This document shows positions 36,202 to 47,242 of a DNA stretch of 64,000 bases, one piece after another. The notes under the pieces are model-generated. The model was given only the letters and a program-made list of their open reading frames with translations. It had not been told where the DNA came from and did not search any database. The position numbers were made by a program, and so were the translations under genes. The DNA is from Monocercomonoides exilis PA203 (Eukaryota > Protista > Preaxostyla): contig LSRY02000033.1 in NCBI GenBank assembly GCA_001643675.2, positions 434,001 through 498,000 on the forward strand, written 5' to 3'. How positions within the stretch are numbered: position 1 is the first letter of the stretch; the number at the start of each line of letters is the position of its first letter.

Positions 36202-37677
36202 TTAATGAGCAACCTGAACAGCAGCAATGATTGCTGCACCAAGCCCGCTTCCATCTTGTGTCCCCACAACATGTACTTCTGGGGGTGTTGGACCCATCAT
36301 CAGTGACTTACAGCACTTGTCCACTGATGCGTGCAGCTCCTCCTTGTATCCAATGTGCTTGTGATAAACTGAACCGTCAATGGCCACAGTCAACTCCTCC
36401 AGCTGTTCCCCGGTGGTCACAATGTGTTGAATGAGAGTTGAAATTGCAACAGCCGCATAGCGGGCGCTTCGAACAACGATTGCATGGAACAAAGAACGAA
36501 TCAAAACAACTTCGTGCAGTGGAATGGCATTTTTGTCCAGTGATTTGTCTTCACAAAAACGAATGATAAAGCTTCGTGCCATATCCATGTTTGGTGAGCG
36601 GTCATGTTCAACTTTTCCAATTTCGATTAGTGACAATTCTTCATTTTTGTCCCAAACTCCGATTTTCTCTTGATCGAAGCAGTTAAGAATCCAACCGCAT
36701 CGAATGCATTTGTTCATGCACACGCGAACCAGCATTGGAAGATAACGACCAGAAACCATTTTTTCAAGTCGCTGTTGCCCTTGTTTCCTTGTCATGTGAT
36801 TGACTTCGTCATCTTCTGGAGTACTTGGAAATCCATCATAGCCTCCCCACTCCATGTTAATGATCATTTTCTTTGATGCCGCTTCTGACGATGACGATGA
36901 TGATGATGATGCTCCTTCTTGATTAATTTTCGTGATTGCTTCCATTCTTTCCTGATAGCATGCATTTGAACCTGTTCCGAGAATCACTCCGATCTTGGCT
37001 GTTGGATGCTCAGTAGTTGATGCGCAAAGTGTTCCAACTGTATCATTACACAAAGCAACAACTTTGACCCATTCGTATTTACGCTTTGCCAGTTCTGCGT
37101 GCAATAATTCAACAACGTCCTTTCCAACAACACCCGAAGCAACAAATTCTTTTGTCCACATAATCAATTTCCCTGAAGCAATTGAAGTCTGTTGAATAGG
37201 AAAAGAAAAAGTGAAGCCAACTGGCAGCACTTCAGGCCTTGGTTCAAGGAATGATTTGTTTTCTTCCAAAAATTCGACAATGAAACTTGCGATTGTTGAA
37301 AACAAGATTTCGCCTGTTGGAATCTTTGGATCAAGAACCATGCTGCGCTGCACCTTATTGCGAATAGTGTTCAATTCTGTTTTTATAAGCAAGCAACGCA
37401 AATTTGTTCCTCCAAAATCAACTGCAAGAAACACTCCACTTTCATTTCCTGATGGCGTGTCAGTAAAGCTTGGGATCATCATCAATGATCCTCCTTTCCC
37501 TGCAAGCCCAGATTTCATTGTTTGTAGCATGTGATGAGAAACATCATGCATTTTTGTCACATCGCAATCAAACTGTTGAATAAATTGTTCCATTTCACGA
37601 AGTCGATCTTGTTCGCATAATTTTATTGATCATCTTTGTAGATTAAGGGACTTTTCTCAACGAAATGAGTCAGACAT
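36202..37677 (-). CDS. HK: Hexokinase (eukaryotic type); probable short first exon MSDSF at 37662-37677
   Basis: Motifs LAVDFGGTNLR, LPVGFTFSFP, WTKEF, NDTVGTL, ILGTGSNACY, INMEWG, EKMVSGRYL, IDGSVY, DGSGLGAA. Confidence 0.95.
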
Positions 37678-38716
37678 TTTTTTAATATTTTTTCATATTT
37701 ATCTTTAAAAAAAAATAAGATAATTAATTATATCAAATGAAAATAAAATTTACTTCTCTGAATTAATAATAAAAATTTTCTCAATTTTCACACTAACTAA
37801 TCACATTTTTTTTTATTTAAGGAAAACAATGATATCATTTCATGAATAAATAATTTTACACACTAAAAGGTTCGTTTTATTTTTAATAAATAAATTGATA
37901 ATAAATTGTATTTATTATTCTGGAGAAACACGGAGAAATTTTTGAGGTTTTCAAACATGTCAAATACAAAACGTTCACGTAGTTATTTGTATCAAATGCA
38001 AAGATTGTTAATAGTTGAAACGGGAAATATATTTTTTATTTAAAACTGTAGTGAAAAAAAGATTTAACGAAATATTTTTTTAAAAAGATTCAAATAAACG
38101 CTGTTGAAAATTGGAATTTTATAATGAAACGTTTTAAACTGAACAATTTTTATTGCTGAAAACCATATGTTTATGATATCGTGGATGAATCGCTTTGGTA
38201 TTTTTTTACAGTTTTTTCATTGAATGGTTTCATTCATGTGATCCGGAATAATGAAATATTTGGGAAACATTTTTTTTCCAAATACGCTTTCTTCCATTTT
38301 CAACAAAACAAGCTCTATTCATAACTTCATTACTGTCAAAATTAATCGAATAAAATGTGAAGACTTTTTTCAAAATGTCAACGTTCACATATGAGTGATT
38401 CTTTTTGATGTTAAATGTTTATCAAATTAAATGACTATCCAAATATTTTTTTACAGATATTTTATGAGATGAATTCAACGATTTTTAAAAAAAGTTGAAC
38501 ATCCATTTCGAAAACTTTCATTAACCGAAAACAAGTTTGTCGCAAATTTTTTTGAATTGTGTTAAACAAATGGGGAAAAATATGAACATTCAAGCTTTTT
38601 TGTTCAAACCATAAAAATAATAATTCATTCATATCTTTATTTATCTTTTTAAAATTTAAGTATGAATTGAATTTTAATAACTGTTAACAAGAATTACTGT
38701 AGCACATAACATGATT

Positions 38717-39093
38717 CAGATATCGCACAAAATACCGGACAAGATCGATATCTCAATAACCGCAAGAAGAAAAATTCTAATAATTTTCATCAAAATATAT
38801 CTCATCAATACAAACTCACATGACATACAAGACTTTCATGACTTCCTCGTTTGAACTCAGAAAAAATATATATCGAAATCTCGGAGAAACTCAAAATCCT
38901 ATTTCTCCGAGATTTCGATATATATTTTTTCTGAGTTCAAACGAGGAAGTCATGAAAGTCTTGTATGTCATGTGAGTTTGTATTGATGAGATATATTTTG
39001 ATGAAAATTATTAGAATTTTTCTTCTTGCGGTTATTGAGATATCGATCTTGTCCGGTATTTTGTGCGACGTCCGGTATTTTATGCGATATCTG
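38717..39093. mobile_element. Palindromic (foldback/MITE-like) element 2: 167-bp perfect inverted arms (38723-38889 and 38902-39068), 12-nt loop, 24-bp CAG-initiated outer TIR
   Basis: Arms checked as exact reverse complements. Loop is CTCAAAATCCTA. Termini are TT|CAGATATCGCACAAAATACCGGAC and GTCCGGTATTTTATGCGATATCTG|TA. Confidence 0.87.
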
Positions 39094-39829
39094 TATCTTG
39101 TGACCTCGTAAGATTATCAAAAAACAAACAGATTTTATTTTTAATATTGTATCACAAAAAGTTCATCTGCTGTGAAATGTTTTTCTATGAAAATACACGA
39201 AGTTGTATATTATGTCCCCAAGATGATATCATTAATTCAACAATGAAGATTTTCGGAATGACGATTCCAAGCTGGTATTTTCTTTGTTGAAAAATTTTCC
39301 ATTGAAATGTTAAATAATTTGTATTTATGTAACAGCCCGATATTAATGACGATCAAATTACAAAATAGTCATCTTTGACATTATCATTATTATTACGTTC
39401 ATGAATTTATTAAATTGGAACATTTTTGAAATGAAATTTTCGATCTTGAAAATATGGAAAACAATATCATGCATTTTGTATTTTGTTCCACTTGACATTT
39501 TATTTAATATTCGTAATCACATGATAATTTCAAATGCTTTTTTCAGAGGACGAAAGACAATTAATGGTATGATGAATGTGAATGTTTGGAATAAATTCTT
39601 CTTTTTTCATTTATGCAGAAAATATTTTTACCATTATTGATTAAGTTTATTATCAAAAACATTTCATGAATCCTCAATATTCTATTTTGATAAAGTCTCT
39701 GCTTCTGAATATTCACATTTTATTTGTTAAAGAAATTCAACAATTTCAAAAAATTGTGGGAACAAAAACTTCGAAATGTGAAATTTGCATTTGAAGTTCG
39801 AAATGGTATATCTTTCAATGAAAAAGGTT

Positions 39830-41100
39830 TTGCAGCTCTTGATGCTTTTCCATAGAAGATTAGTTTTTTGTCAGAAGCGTTAACATTACGAACCAAAAAA
39901 TTTATAGCGCTGTCAAATGTTATTGCTCCGGACAAACTTGGAACTAAAAGGAAATTCACACAAGGTCTTGTTTGCTGAATTTTGAGTGTGAAGAAAAGGA
40001 ATTGAGTATTGTTCATGAAAAAATATCAACAACACGATAGAAGTACAACACAAGAGTTAAGTGAAATCATTTATTCGGAAATGCAAAGGCAAAATTCGAA
40101 ATCATTAAAAATATCTCCACAATTTGGATTTTTTCCTGTTACAAAGCATTTTGTTAAACAACTTGTACCATCATCTTCAGCATATGTGTTTGGATTCATT
40201 TCGAAGCACAAGCTGAAAGTACTCTCTCCCATTAATATTCCTCCAGCCAAATTGAATTCAGCATTCATGTCAAACATCAGAGCATGGTTCAATTTTATGT
40301 TTAATAAAGATATCAAGCCATCTGTCAATAAGCTCGATGTGTTCAACAACGACGAATGGAGCACTGATATTTATTCTGAACAAAAATCAACAATGAAAGT
40401 TTGAAAAAAAAGAGCCCTTGTTTGCATTAAAGAATCCTCAAATAATCATATTTCACTTATGACAACAATTGGACTATTTTTTATTTCACCTCTACAATTA
40501 ATCATCATTTCTGTCTTGAAAATGGTAACTCATGAACTTCTGGAGCACAAAAAAGCAGGCTCATGTGAAATCCACGTCAATACATCAAGAGGAGTGGATA
40601 AAAATACTTTCTACTGTTATGCCGTTCATCTCTGCTCATAGGTTACAATTTGTTGGTCGCTTGGAGTTATTCCACCTCATTCACGAGATTTTTTTTTTTA
40701 TTCTTGATGGTCACCAATCTCGTCTTTGTTCTTCAGCGTTGGTTTTATTTGAACAATATTAAATTTTCGTGTTCACTCTTTCTGGAAATTTGTCTCATAT
40801 TTTTCTGTCTTTTGAAAGTGGTATTGCATGTCCTCTTCGAAAAACATTCAGAAAGCTGCGAAGGAAAAGGATATTTCAATTGGTGAATGAGTTTAATAAT
40901 GGTTAAAATGAAAGCTCATGACAGAACAAAAATGACTGTTGAGAATGCAATTGATTCAGAAAAAACTGCAATATCATTACTGAACAAGGAGAATGCACTG
41001 AGGACAACCGGTGTGTACCCAAACGATCCAGGAATCTTGGATTCAAATCCGTTTGTTTCTGTTGATTCAGATAACCCAAAGAATCCAAAAGGAATCGGGA
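39830..41100 (+). pseudogene. Decayed pogo/Fot1-type (DDE_1, DD35D) transposase; boundaries approximate
   Basis: Across stops and frameshifts: RAWFNF, VFNNDE (FNxDE, first D), HISLMTTI, NTSRGVDKNTF, ILDGHQSR (second D), FTLSGNLSHIFLSFE.GI..PLRKTF (degenerate LPxHxSHxxQPxD, 35 residues between the second D and this E), ENALRTTGVYPNDP. Confidence 0.85.
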
Positions 41101-41505
41101 CAGGCGAATTTGAAGTTCCTTTTAAATGGTTCACAAGTCCAAGTTTTGCATTTTTTTTTCAAAAAAGAGAAAAGGAAAAAAGAACAAAATACAAATATTT
41201 CACAGAACAAATGATCGAATCAAATCGTTTTGAATTGGAAAATCATTATGTGTCAAAAACGCGTCTCTTCAATAATGATTTCTTTCGTTTCGTTTCAATT
41301 TGTTTTTTTATTATTTATTTATTGATTGATTGATTATTTTAACCACTAATAATCATCATCATGGATTTTTTTATGTGTCACAGAATAAAAAAATAAAATT
41401 CAACAACCTTGCACCACAAATTGAAAATGATTCCAATAGTTTTATTGATCAGAGAAATGGGAAATCTCAATACAAATAACATTTTTTATTCAATGTTAAT
41501 CTATA

Positions 41506-42367
41506 CACCAAAAATAATTCTAATTCGAAAAAGAATAATTTAAAATCGGAATTAATAATTCGAATTCGAAAAAAATAATTCGATTTCGGAAATAATAATT
41601 CAAAATCGTAAATTAATAATTCAATTTCGTAATTTATTAATTCGATCTCGAAAAAGAATAATTTAATTTCGAAAATGATTATTTTTTTGATTTGTGGAAT
41701 GAATAACTTGTGTTTTGGGTTTTAAATCCTCTTTATTTTTATTTCATCAATTCACTTTGTTTATCTATATTTGAAAAATGATGATTTTTCACAAAAAAAT
41801 ATTCATTTATTTTCATTGAAAAAAATATGATTGGAGTTAATTCAAAAAGAAAATGTATTCGTTTTCATGAAAGAATTGATGCTTTTCTAATTTTTAATTA
41901 GAGAAGCAAAAAAAGTATTATTGGGAAAAAATACTTGTTTATTGTTTAGCAATAAATGAGATTGAAAATTAACAACTTTTATTTGCTTATTTAATAGAAT
42001 GAATGTTTTTATTATTTTTACCATTTGAGTGATGATTTTCGAAAATGAAAAAAAAATTATCAAAAATTGATTTATTGATTATTGTTATAAAAAAAACAGT
42101 TTTCTTAGAGTAATAATATTTGATTGGTTACATAATTTCAAAAAATTTTCTGAAATCCATTCTCGAGAAAAATTAAAAATTTCAGTTTTAAATGAATTTC
42201 GAACTTGAAATATTCATTTTCGAAATTGAATTATTAATTTTCGATTTTGAATTAATAAATTACGAAATTGAATTATTAATTTTCGAAATTGAAATATTAA
42301 TTCCGATTTTGAATTATTCTTTTTCGAAAATGAATTATTTTTTTTCGAATTAGAATTATTTTTGGTG
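41506..42367. mobile_element. Non-autonomous foldback/MITE with modular TIRs built from about 8 copies of a 20-21-bp unit per end; TA flanks
   Basis: TA|CACCAAAAATAATTCTAATTCGAAAAA ... TTTTTCGAATTAGAATTATTTTTGGTG|TA. The AATAATTCxATTTCGAAAA-like unit is repeated at 41512-41680 and inverted at 42193-42361. Confidence 0.85.
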
Positions 42368-43240
42368 TAATGCACTTGAAAACAAAATGAAGAGAAATGA
42401 AAATTTCTAGCACTCGTTTTTATAAACTTTTATGAGAAAAAAAGAAAGAAAGAAAAACCGAAATATTTTTTTTCATATTTTTCACCATAAATTATTTGAA
42501 AGGGTTAAATTTTCTTTTAAAAATTTTTTTACATTCATCCTCTTATGTGAAAATAATAATTTCTCGAATATAAAAATTTTCCTTTTTGAAAACAAAGATT
42601 CATTAAAAATAAAAAGTAAAATTGATGAGGATGTGAAAGATTTTTCTTTTAAAACTCAATAATAATGTAAACAATCAATACCCATTGTTATTAAAAGTAG
42701 GAAACTTTTAAATTTAAAGAAATATAATAAAAACAGATAAAAATGTTAATTTCAAAAAAGAAAAAAGGAAATGAATTTCACATCAACGAAAAACTACAAA
42801 ATCAAATAAAAATTTGGTGAAAGATAAAAAAAGTTAATTTGTCTCTCCCAAAAAAATTCGGAAACAAATTATTTGCAGATATTAGAATCACTAAATTTGA
42901 ACGAAAAAATAGAAGAAGCAAACTCATTAAAACAAAAACAAAAACAAAAACGAACAAATAGATTTATTACAAAAATAAAAAAATAAAGATCAATAAAAAT
43001 TGAAATGACTTTAAAAATTTTGATGCACTAAAATTAGACGCAAAATTTAAAATGTGAAAAATAAAAAGAAAGAAAGAAAGAAAAAGAAAATAATTATAGA
43101 AAACTCAAAATAATAATAATAAATTCCAAAACATTTATTTTTTTAGAATCTATGAAAATCAATCATTGAATGATTGCTCGAAAAACAACTTTCTATTACC
43201 AGCGGTCCATACATCTTTGAATTTGAAAATTTCTTAGTTC

Positions 43241-44179
43241 TCAAACTGTATCGAATATTTGATTGCTATTGAATACATTTGATATACTATTTTGTGTAGC
43301 ACACAAAGTTGAATTTATATCGTCATTTTGCTGGTTGGGTGAAGCTTGTTTATCATTTATGATAATTCCTTCGCATAAAAGCCAATATTCAACTTGTTGC
43401 AATCTAGGATTTATTGTTGGGAAAAACCACAAAAGTGGACTTTCCCCTAAAAAGCATTTGACATTTGCCAATCTGTTTCCTTTGTCATATTTATGCTTGT
43501 GACGGATAAGAAATCTAGTTGAAATATCTATATATGCAAGTGGATTTATTAATTCAACTGATGTCATATTTGTTGTAATAACTCTAAGTTGATGAACAAA
43601 TGCAGGCAAGCAAATGACAAAAATTACACAACACAATCCAGTGTCAAATAATGCCCCAACAATTTGAACCACAAACATAATTATCGTCAATTTTTTTTGT
43701 AAACATGCAGATTTTAAGTTCAACAATTGAAAAAACCACTGCACATTTACGAGAACGCTTTCAGCACACACAAACAAGCAATAAAACAATAAGAGAATAA
43801 ATGCCTTGTGATTTCCTGCTCCAATGCAAGTATCGAGCCATTTGCAATGATGATCCATTCTTAGAATGCATTTCTTGCATCTAGAACAGTGATGAGAACG
43901 AGGAACTTTCATTTGATGGCAATAAGCACAAAATTTCAATGAATTTCCATTTTCCAAGTTAGAAGGACAAAAGTTCATTAAAAATCCAGGACTCGCAAAT
44001 ATAACAAATGAATATGATAATGTGAGTAACGTGAGAAGAATAAGGTAAATTACACAATGCACAACTCCATTTATGGTATGTGAAAATGACAGAAGAATTT
44101 TTAATCCCAATGTATTTCCACAATTCACACACATCAATGTTAGCCATGCTACATGTATCCACTTGCCACAAAAATACAT
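43241..44179 (-). CDS. DHHC palmitoyl acyltransferase
   Basis: CxxC..KVPRSHHCSRCKKCILRMDHHCKWLDTCIGAGNHKAF, NMTSVE, YDKG..NVKCFLG; four TM helices. Confidence 0.95.
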   Translation of the reverse strand: MYFCGKWIHVAWLTLMCVNCGNTLGLKILLSFSHTINGVVHCVIYLILLTLLTLSYSFVIFASPGFLMNFCPSNLENGNSLKFCAYCHQMKVPRSHHCSRCKKCILRMDHHCKWLDTCIGAGNHKAFILLLFYCLFVCAESVLVNVQWFFQLLNLKSACLQKKLTIIMFVVQIVGALFDTGLCCVIFVICLPAFVHQLRVITTNMTSVELINPLAYIDISTRFLIRHKHKYDKGNRLANVKCFLGESPLLWFFPTINPRLQQVEYWLLCEGIIINDKQASPNQQNDDINSTLCATQNSISNVFNSNQIFDTV

Positions 44180-44416
44180 TGAAATTTTCAACAACTGTTT
44201 TTATTCAACTTATCACGTTTTCAATTTGAAATTGGCTTTTACAAAATAAGATAACTGATGGGTCATCGATCAATCAACTTATTCGTTTTAAGTTTTTAAA
44301 TAATAGTTTTTTTGCGTAAAAAAAAGCAAATCTTTATTAAAGAATTCGTGTTAACAAACACAATCATAAAATACTTTAAAATAAGAAAGATATTTCAGAA
44401 ATGATATAAAAGATTT

Positions 44417-44788
44417 TTATGCGTTTGACATGTATTTTGTCACAGATTTTGTTCCTTCAGAAACTGCATGCTTAGCAAGTTCACCAGGAAGAAGAAGACG
44501 AACAGCTGTTTGGATCTCCCGAGATGTGAGAGTGTGACGGTTGTTGTAACGAGCAAGACGAGATGCTTCAGTTGCGATTCTTTCAAAGATATCGTTGATG
44601 AATGAGTTCATGATTGCCATGGCGCGATTTGAGATTCCAGTTTCTGGGTGAACAGACTTCAACACACGGTAAATGTAGCTGGAATAGGTCTCATGACGCT
44701 TCTTCTTTCTCTCTTTCTTATCTCCAGCAACTTTTGCGGCTTTATCAACTTTTGGAACTGGTTTTGTTTCAGTGTTAACTTGAGACAT
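44417..44788 (-). CDS. H2B: Histone H2B
   Basis: [74 protein letters not shown]. Confidence 0.99.
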   Translation of the reverse strand: MSQVNTETKPVPKVDKAAKVAGDKKERKKKRHETYSSYIYRVLKSVHPETGISNRAMAIMNSFINDIFERIATEASRLARYNNRHTLTSREIQTAVRLLLPGELAKHAVSEGTKSVTKYMSNA

Positions 44789-44944
44789 TATAATAGTTTA
44801 ATAAATATTTCAAATGTATTTGTGGAATCATGAAGATAATTATCTTTATATATAATATATTGATCAAAATTGAAATGATTTGTGCACAAAATTAAAATAG
44901 AAATAGTGGGAAGATGATCATTGAACAATCACCCATAAATAAAA

Positions 44945-47173
44945 ATGGCAACTCAACGGACAATAGTTTGTTTTTCATTTTGTGAGCTATTTTCTAATAT
45001 TCAATACTCAATATTTTTAATTATTAATCACATTTAGTCCGTTTCCGGACCACCTTTGGGATAGTGTGAAGAAATTTTGTTTTGAGTTTATTTATTAATA
45101 ATTATTTATTTGAAGTACTCCACTTGCGCCAAATGATAAATTATTACTAAAACAACCACATCCTCCTCCAATTATTGATTTAACATGGAAACAAGTATAT
45201 ATATTATTAATTGGGTTGATTATCTCGACTTTTTATTGGTTTTGTTTAAGGACTCCATTCGCCCAAAGCCATCTTCACCAGATAAATCAATACCTTCTCT
45301 TGAAAACCCTGGTGAAATAATTCGCATTAGCGAGCCAGTCGATCCTTCTGCTCCAATTCCTGGACGAATAAGTCCAAATACTCGTGAAATCGAAAAATTA
45401 AATCATTTATCAACATTAACTCAACAAATTCAAGAATCTATTGAATTGGTTCAAGATCAGTGTTTTGAGGCTGCAAAAGGTTTTTTTTTTTTTATTTTGG
45501 CCTATTGTTATTGTATTGATTGATGATCAATATTTCTTTCAGAAAGTGAAAAGCAACTTGCTCGTCAATTTAAGGATAGAATTAGCGAGGCAGAACGTGA
45601 AATAGATGAGCTTAAAAAAAAGGTTAGATTTTTTGAATAGAATTTTGAGTTTTTTACATTTTAAACTTTTGATTATTTACTGAAGGAACCTGAATTTGAT
45701 GCAATGTATTGGATGAAGAAATTTAAAGAAGCTTCGAAAGAATTAGATCTAATGCGAGGTGAAGCTATTAGGCTTGATCGGCTTAATGATCTCGTTTGCG
45801 AAAATATTCATTGTTATTTATTTTATTTCATTCATTTATCATTATATATTCAAATGTGAAATGTCTTTTAAAGATGGAGAAAGAACTAAAAATGGTCCGA
45901 GTTGAATTGCAATCATCTCAAGCTGAATGTGAAAGTCTTACAAAGAAAATATTTTCTGTTTGTATCTTTTGTTGAGGAAAATCTTCTTTTTGAAAAAAAG
46001 ATCAAATTTATTTATTTCATTTTTTAACAATATTTTTGAATTTTATCAATTAATTTTTGATGTGCAGGTGAAAAAAGAAAACAAGCTCCTTCAAGATCAA
46101 CTCGATCAATTGCGCCCTGCTGAATCTTCTTCTCCCCCAGCTGTTAGAAGCGATAGCTTCGATCCAATCATCACAAGATCTTTCACTTCATCCATTTCTC
46201 AAAGTATGACTTTTTTATTTGATTATTTAACTATGACTCACAAAAACGTTATTTGCTCGTTCATTTTCTCTTGTTCTATTACATTTTCTTTTATTTTCAT
46301 TATTCTGTTCTTCTCACTTTCTCTCTCTCTTATATATATATATGATAAAGCCACTCGTCCTCGTCCTTCGAACTTGCGTGGCTCATATGCACCCTCCTCT
46401 CCCTCCACACTGACAAGCAGAAGTCAAAGAGGACACAACGAGGGCTGGCAGACCACGCGCGAGAGGACAGCAAAAAGCAGACGCAGCGCCAGCATCGGAA
46501 GCAAGCGCGGCTCAATGACTGCTCGTTCGTTCGGCTCTACTGCTGCTTCTGTTTCTGGCTCTGTTTCTGGTTCTGCTTCGATGAGTCAGTCGAGTGATCG
46601 CATCACACTCCCACAGCTCTCCTTCTCTCAGACGGGAGACTTCGCTGAGCAGACTTTTAGGGCTGAGGAAGAAGATCGTATGTGCTTTTTGAAGTTGAAT
46701 TGCAATTAACTGGGAAATAACAAAAAAAATGATGTCATTTCATTTGTTTTCTCTTTCTCTTTCTCTCTTTCTCTCTTTCTCTCTTTCTCTCTTTCTCTCT
46801 TTCTCTCTTTCTCTCTTTCTCTCTTTCTCTCTTTCTCTCTTTCTCTCTTTCTCTCTTTTTTCTCTCTATCTCTTCTTCTATCTTTCAATTCCACAGCCGA
46901 AGCGCTGATCACTCATCTGAAGCGCCACAACGAGCGTCTGCGGGCGATGATCGCAGCCGAAAAGAAGAACACGAAGGTCATTCGGAATGCGCATCTCCGG
47001 ACGCTTGCTGAGCGGACAGAGCTGCAGCAGTTTTTGCAGCAGTGCATCAAAGACACGCAGAAGGAGATGGCACACGCACAGGCAACGGAGGTGTGTTGTG
47101 TGGATGGGTGAAGGTGGTGAATGAGTTAGTAAATGAGTGAGTGAGATAGAAATAGAAAGAGAAAGAAAGAGAG

Positions 47174-47210
<37 letters not shown>

Positions 47211-47211
47211 A

Positions 47212-47242
<31 letters not shown>

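Noticed and set aside
37900-38700. Possible second transposase relic (YDIVDESL resembling IS1595/Merlin VEIDES)
   Set aside because: Only one weak motif in AT-rich sequence with no other motifs in order.
39830-41100. In-frame stops suggesting a non-standard genetic code
   Set aside because: All three stop types plus frameshifts occur here, and intact genes end in TAA, TAG or TGA, so this is decay.
41506-42367. Regular 20-21-bp repeats resembling a CRISPR or iteron array
   Set aside because: Units are contiguous with no unique spacers, mirrored at both ends, and no cas genes are present; foldback TIRs explain them.
44300-44416. Histone 3' stem-loop
   Set aside because: No matching hairpin is visible downstream of the H2B stop.
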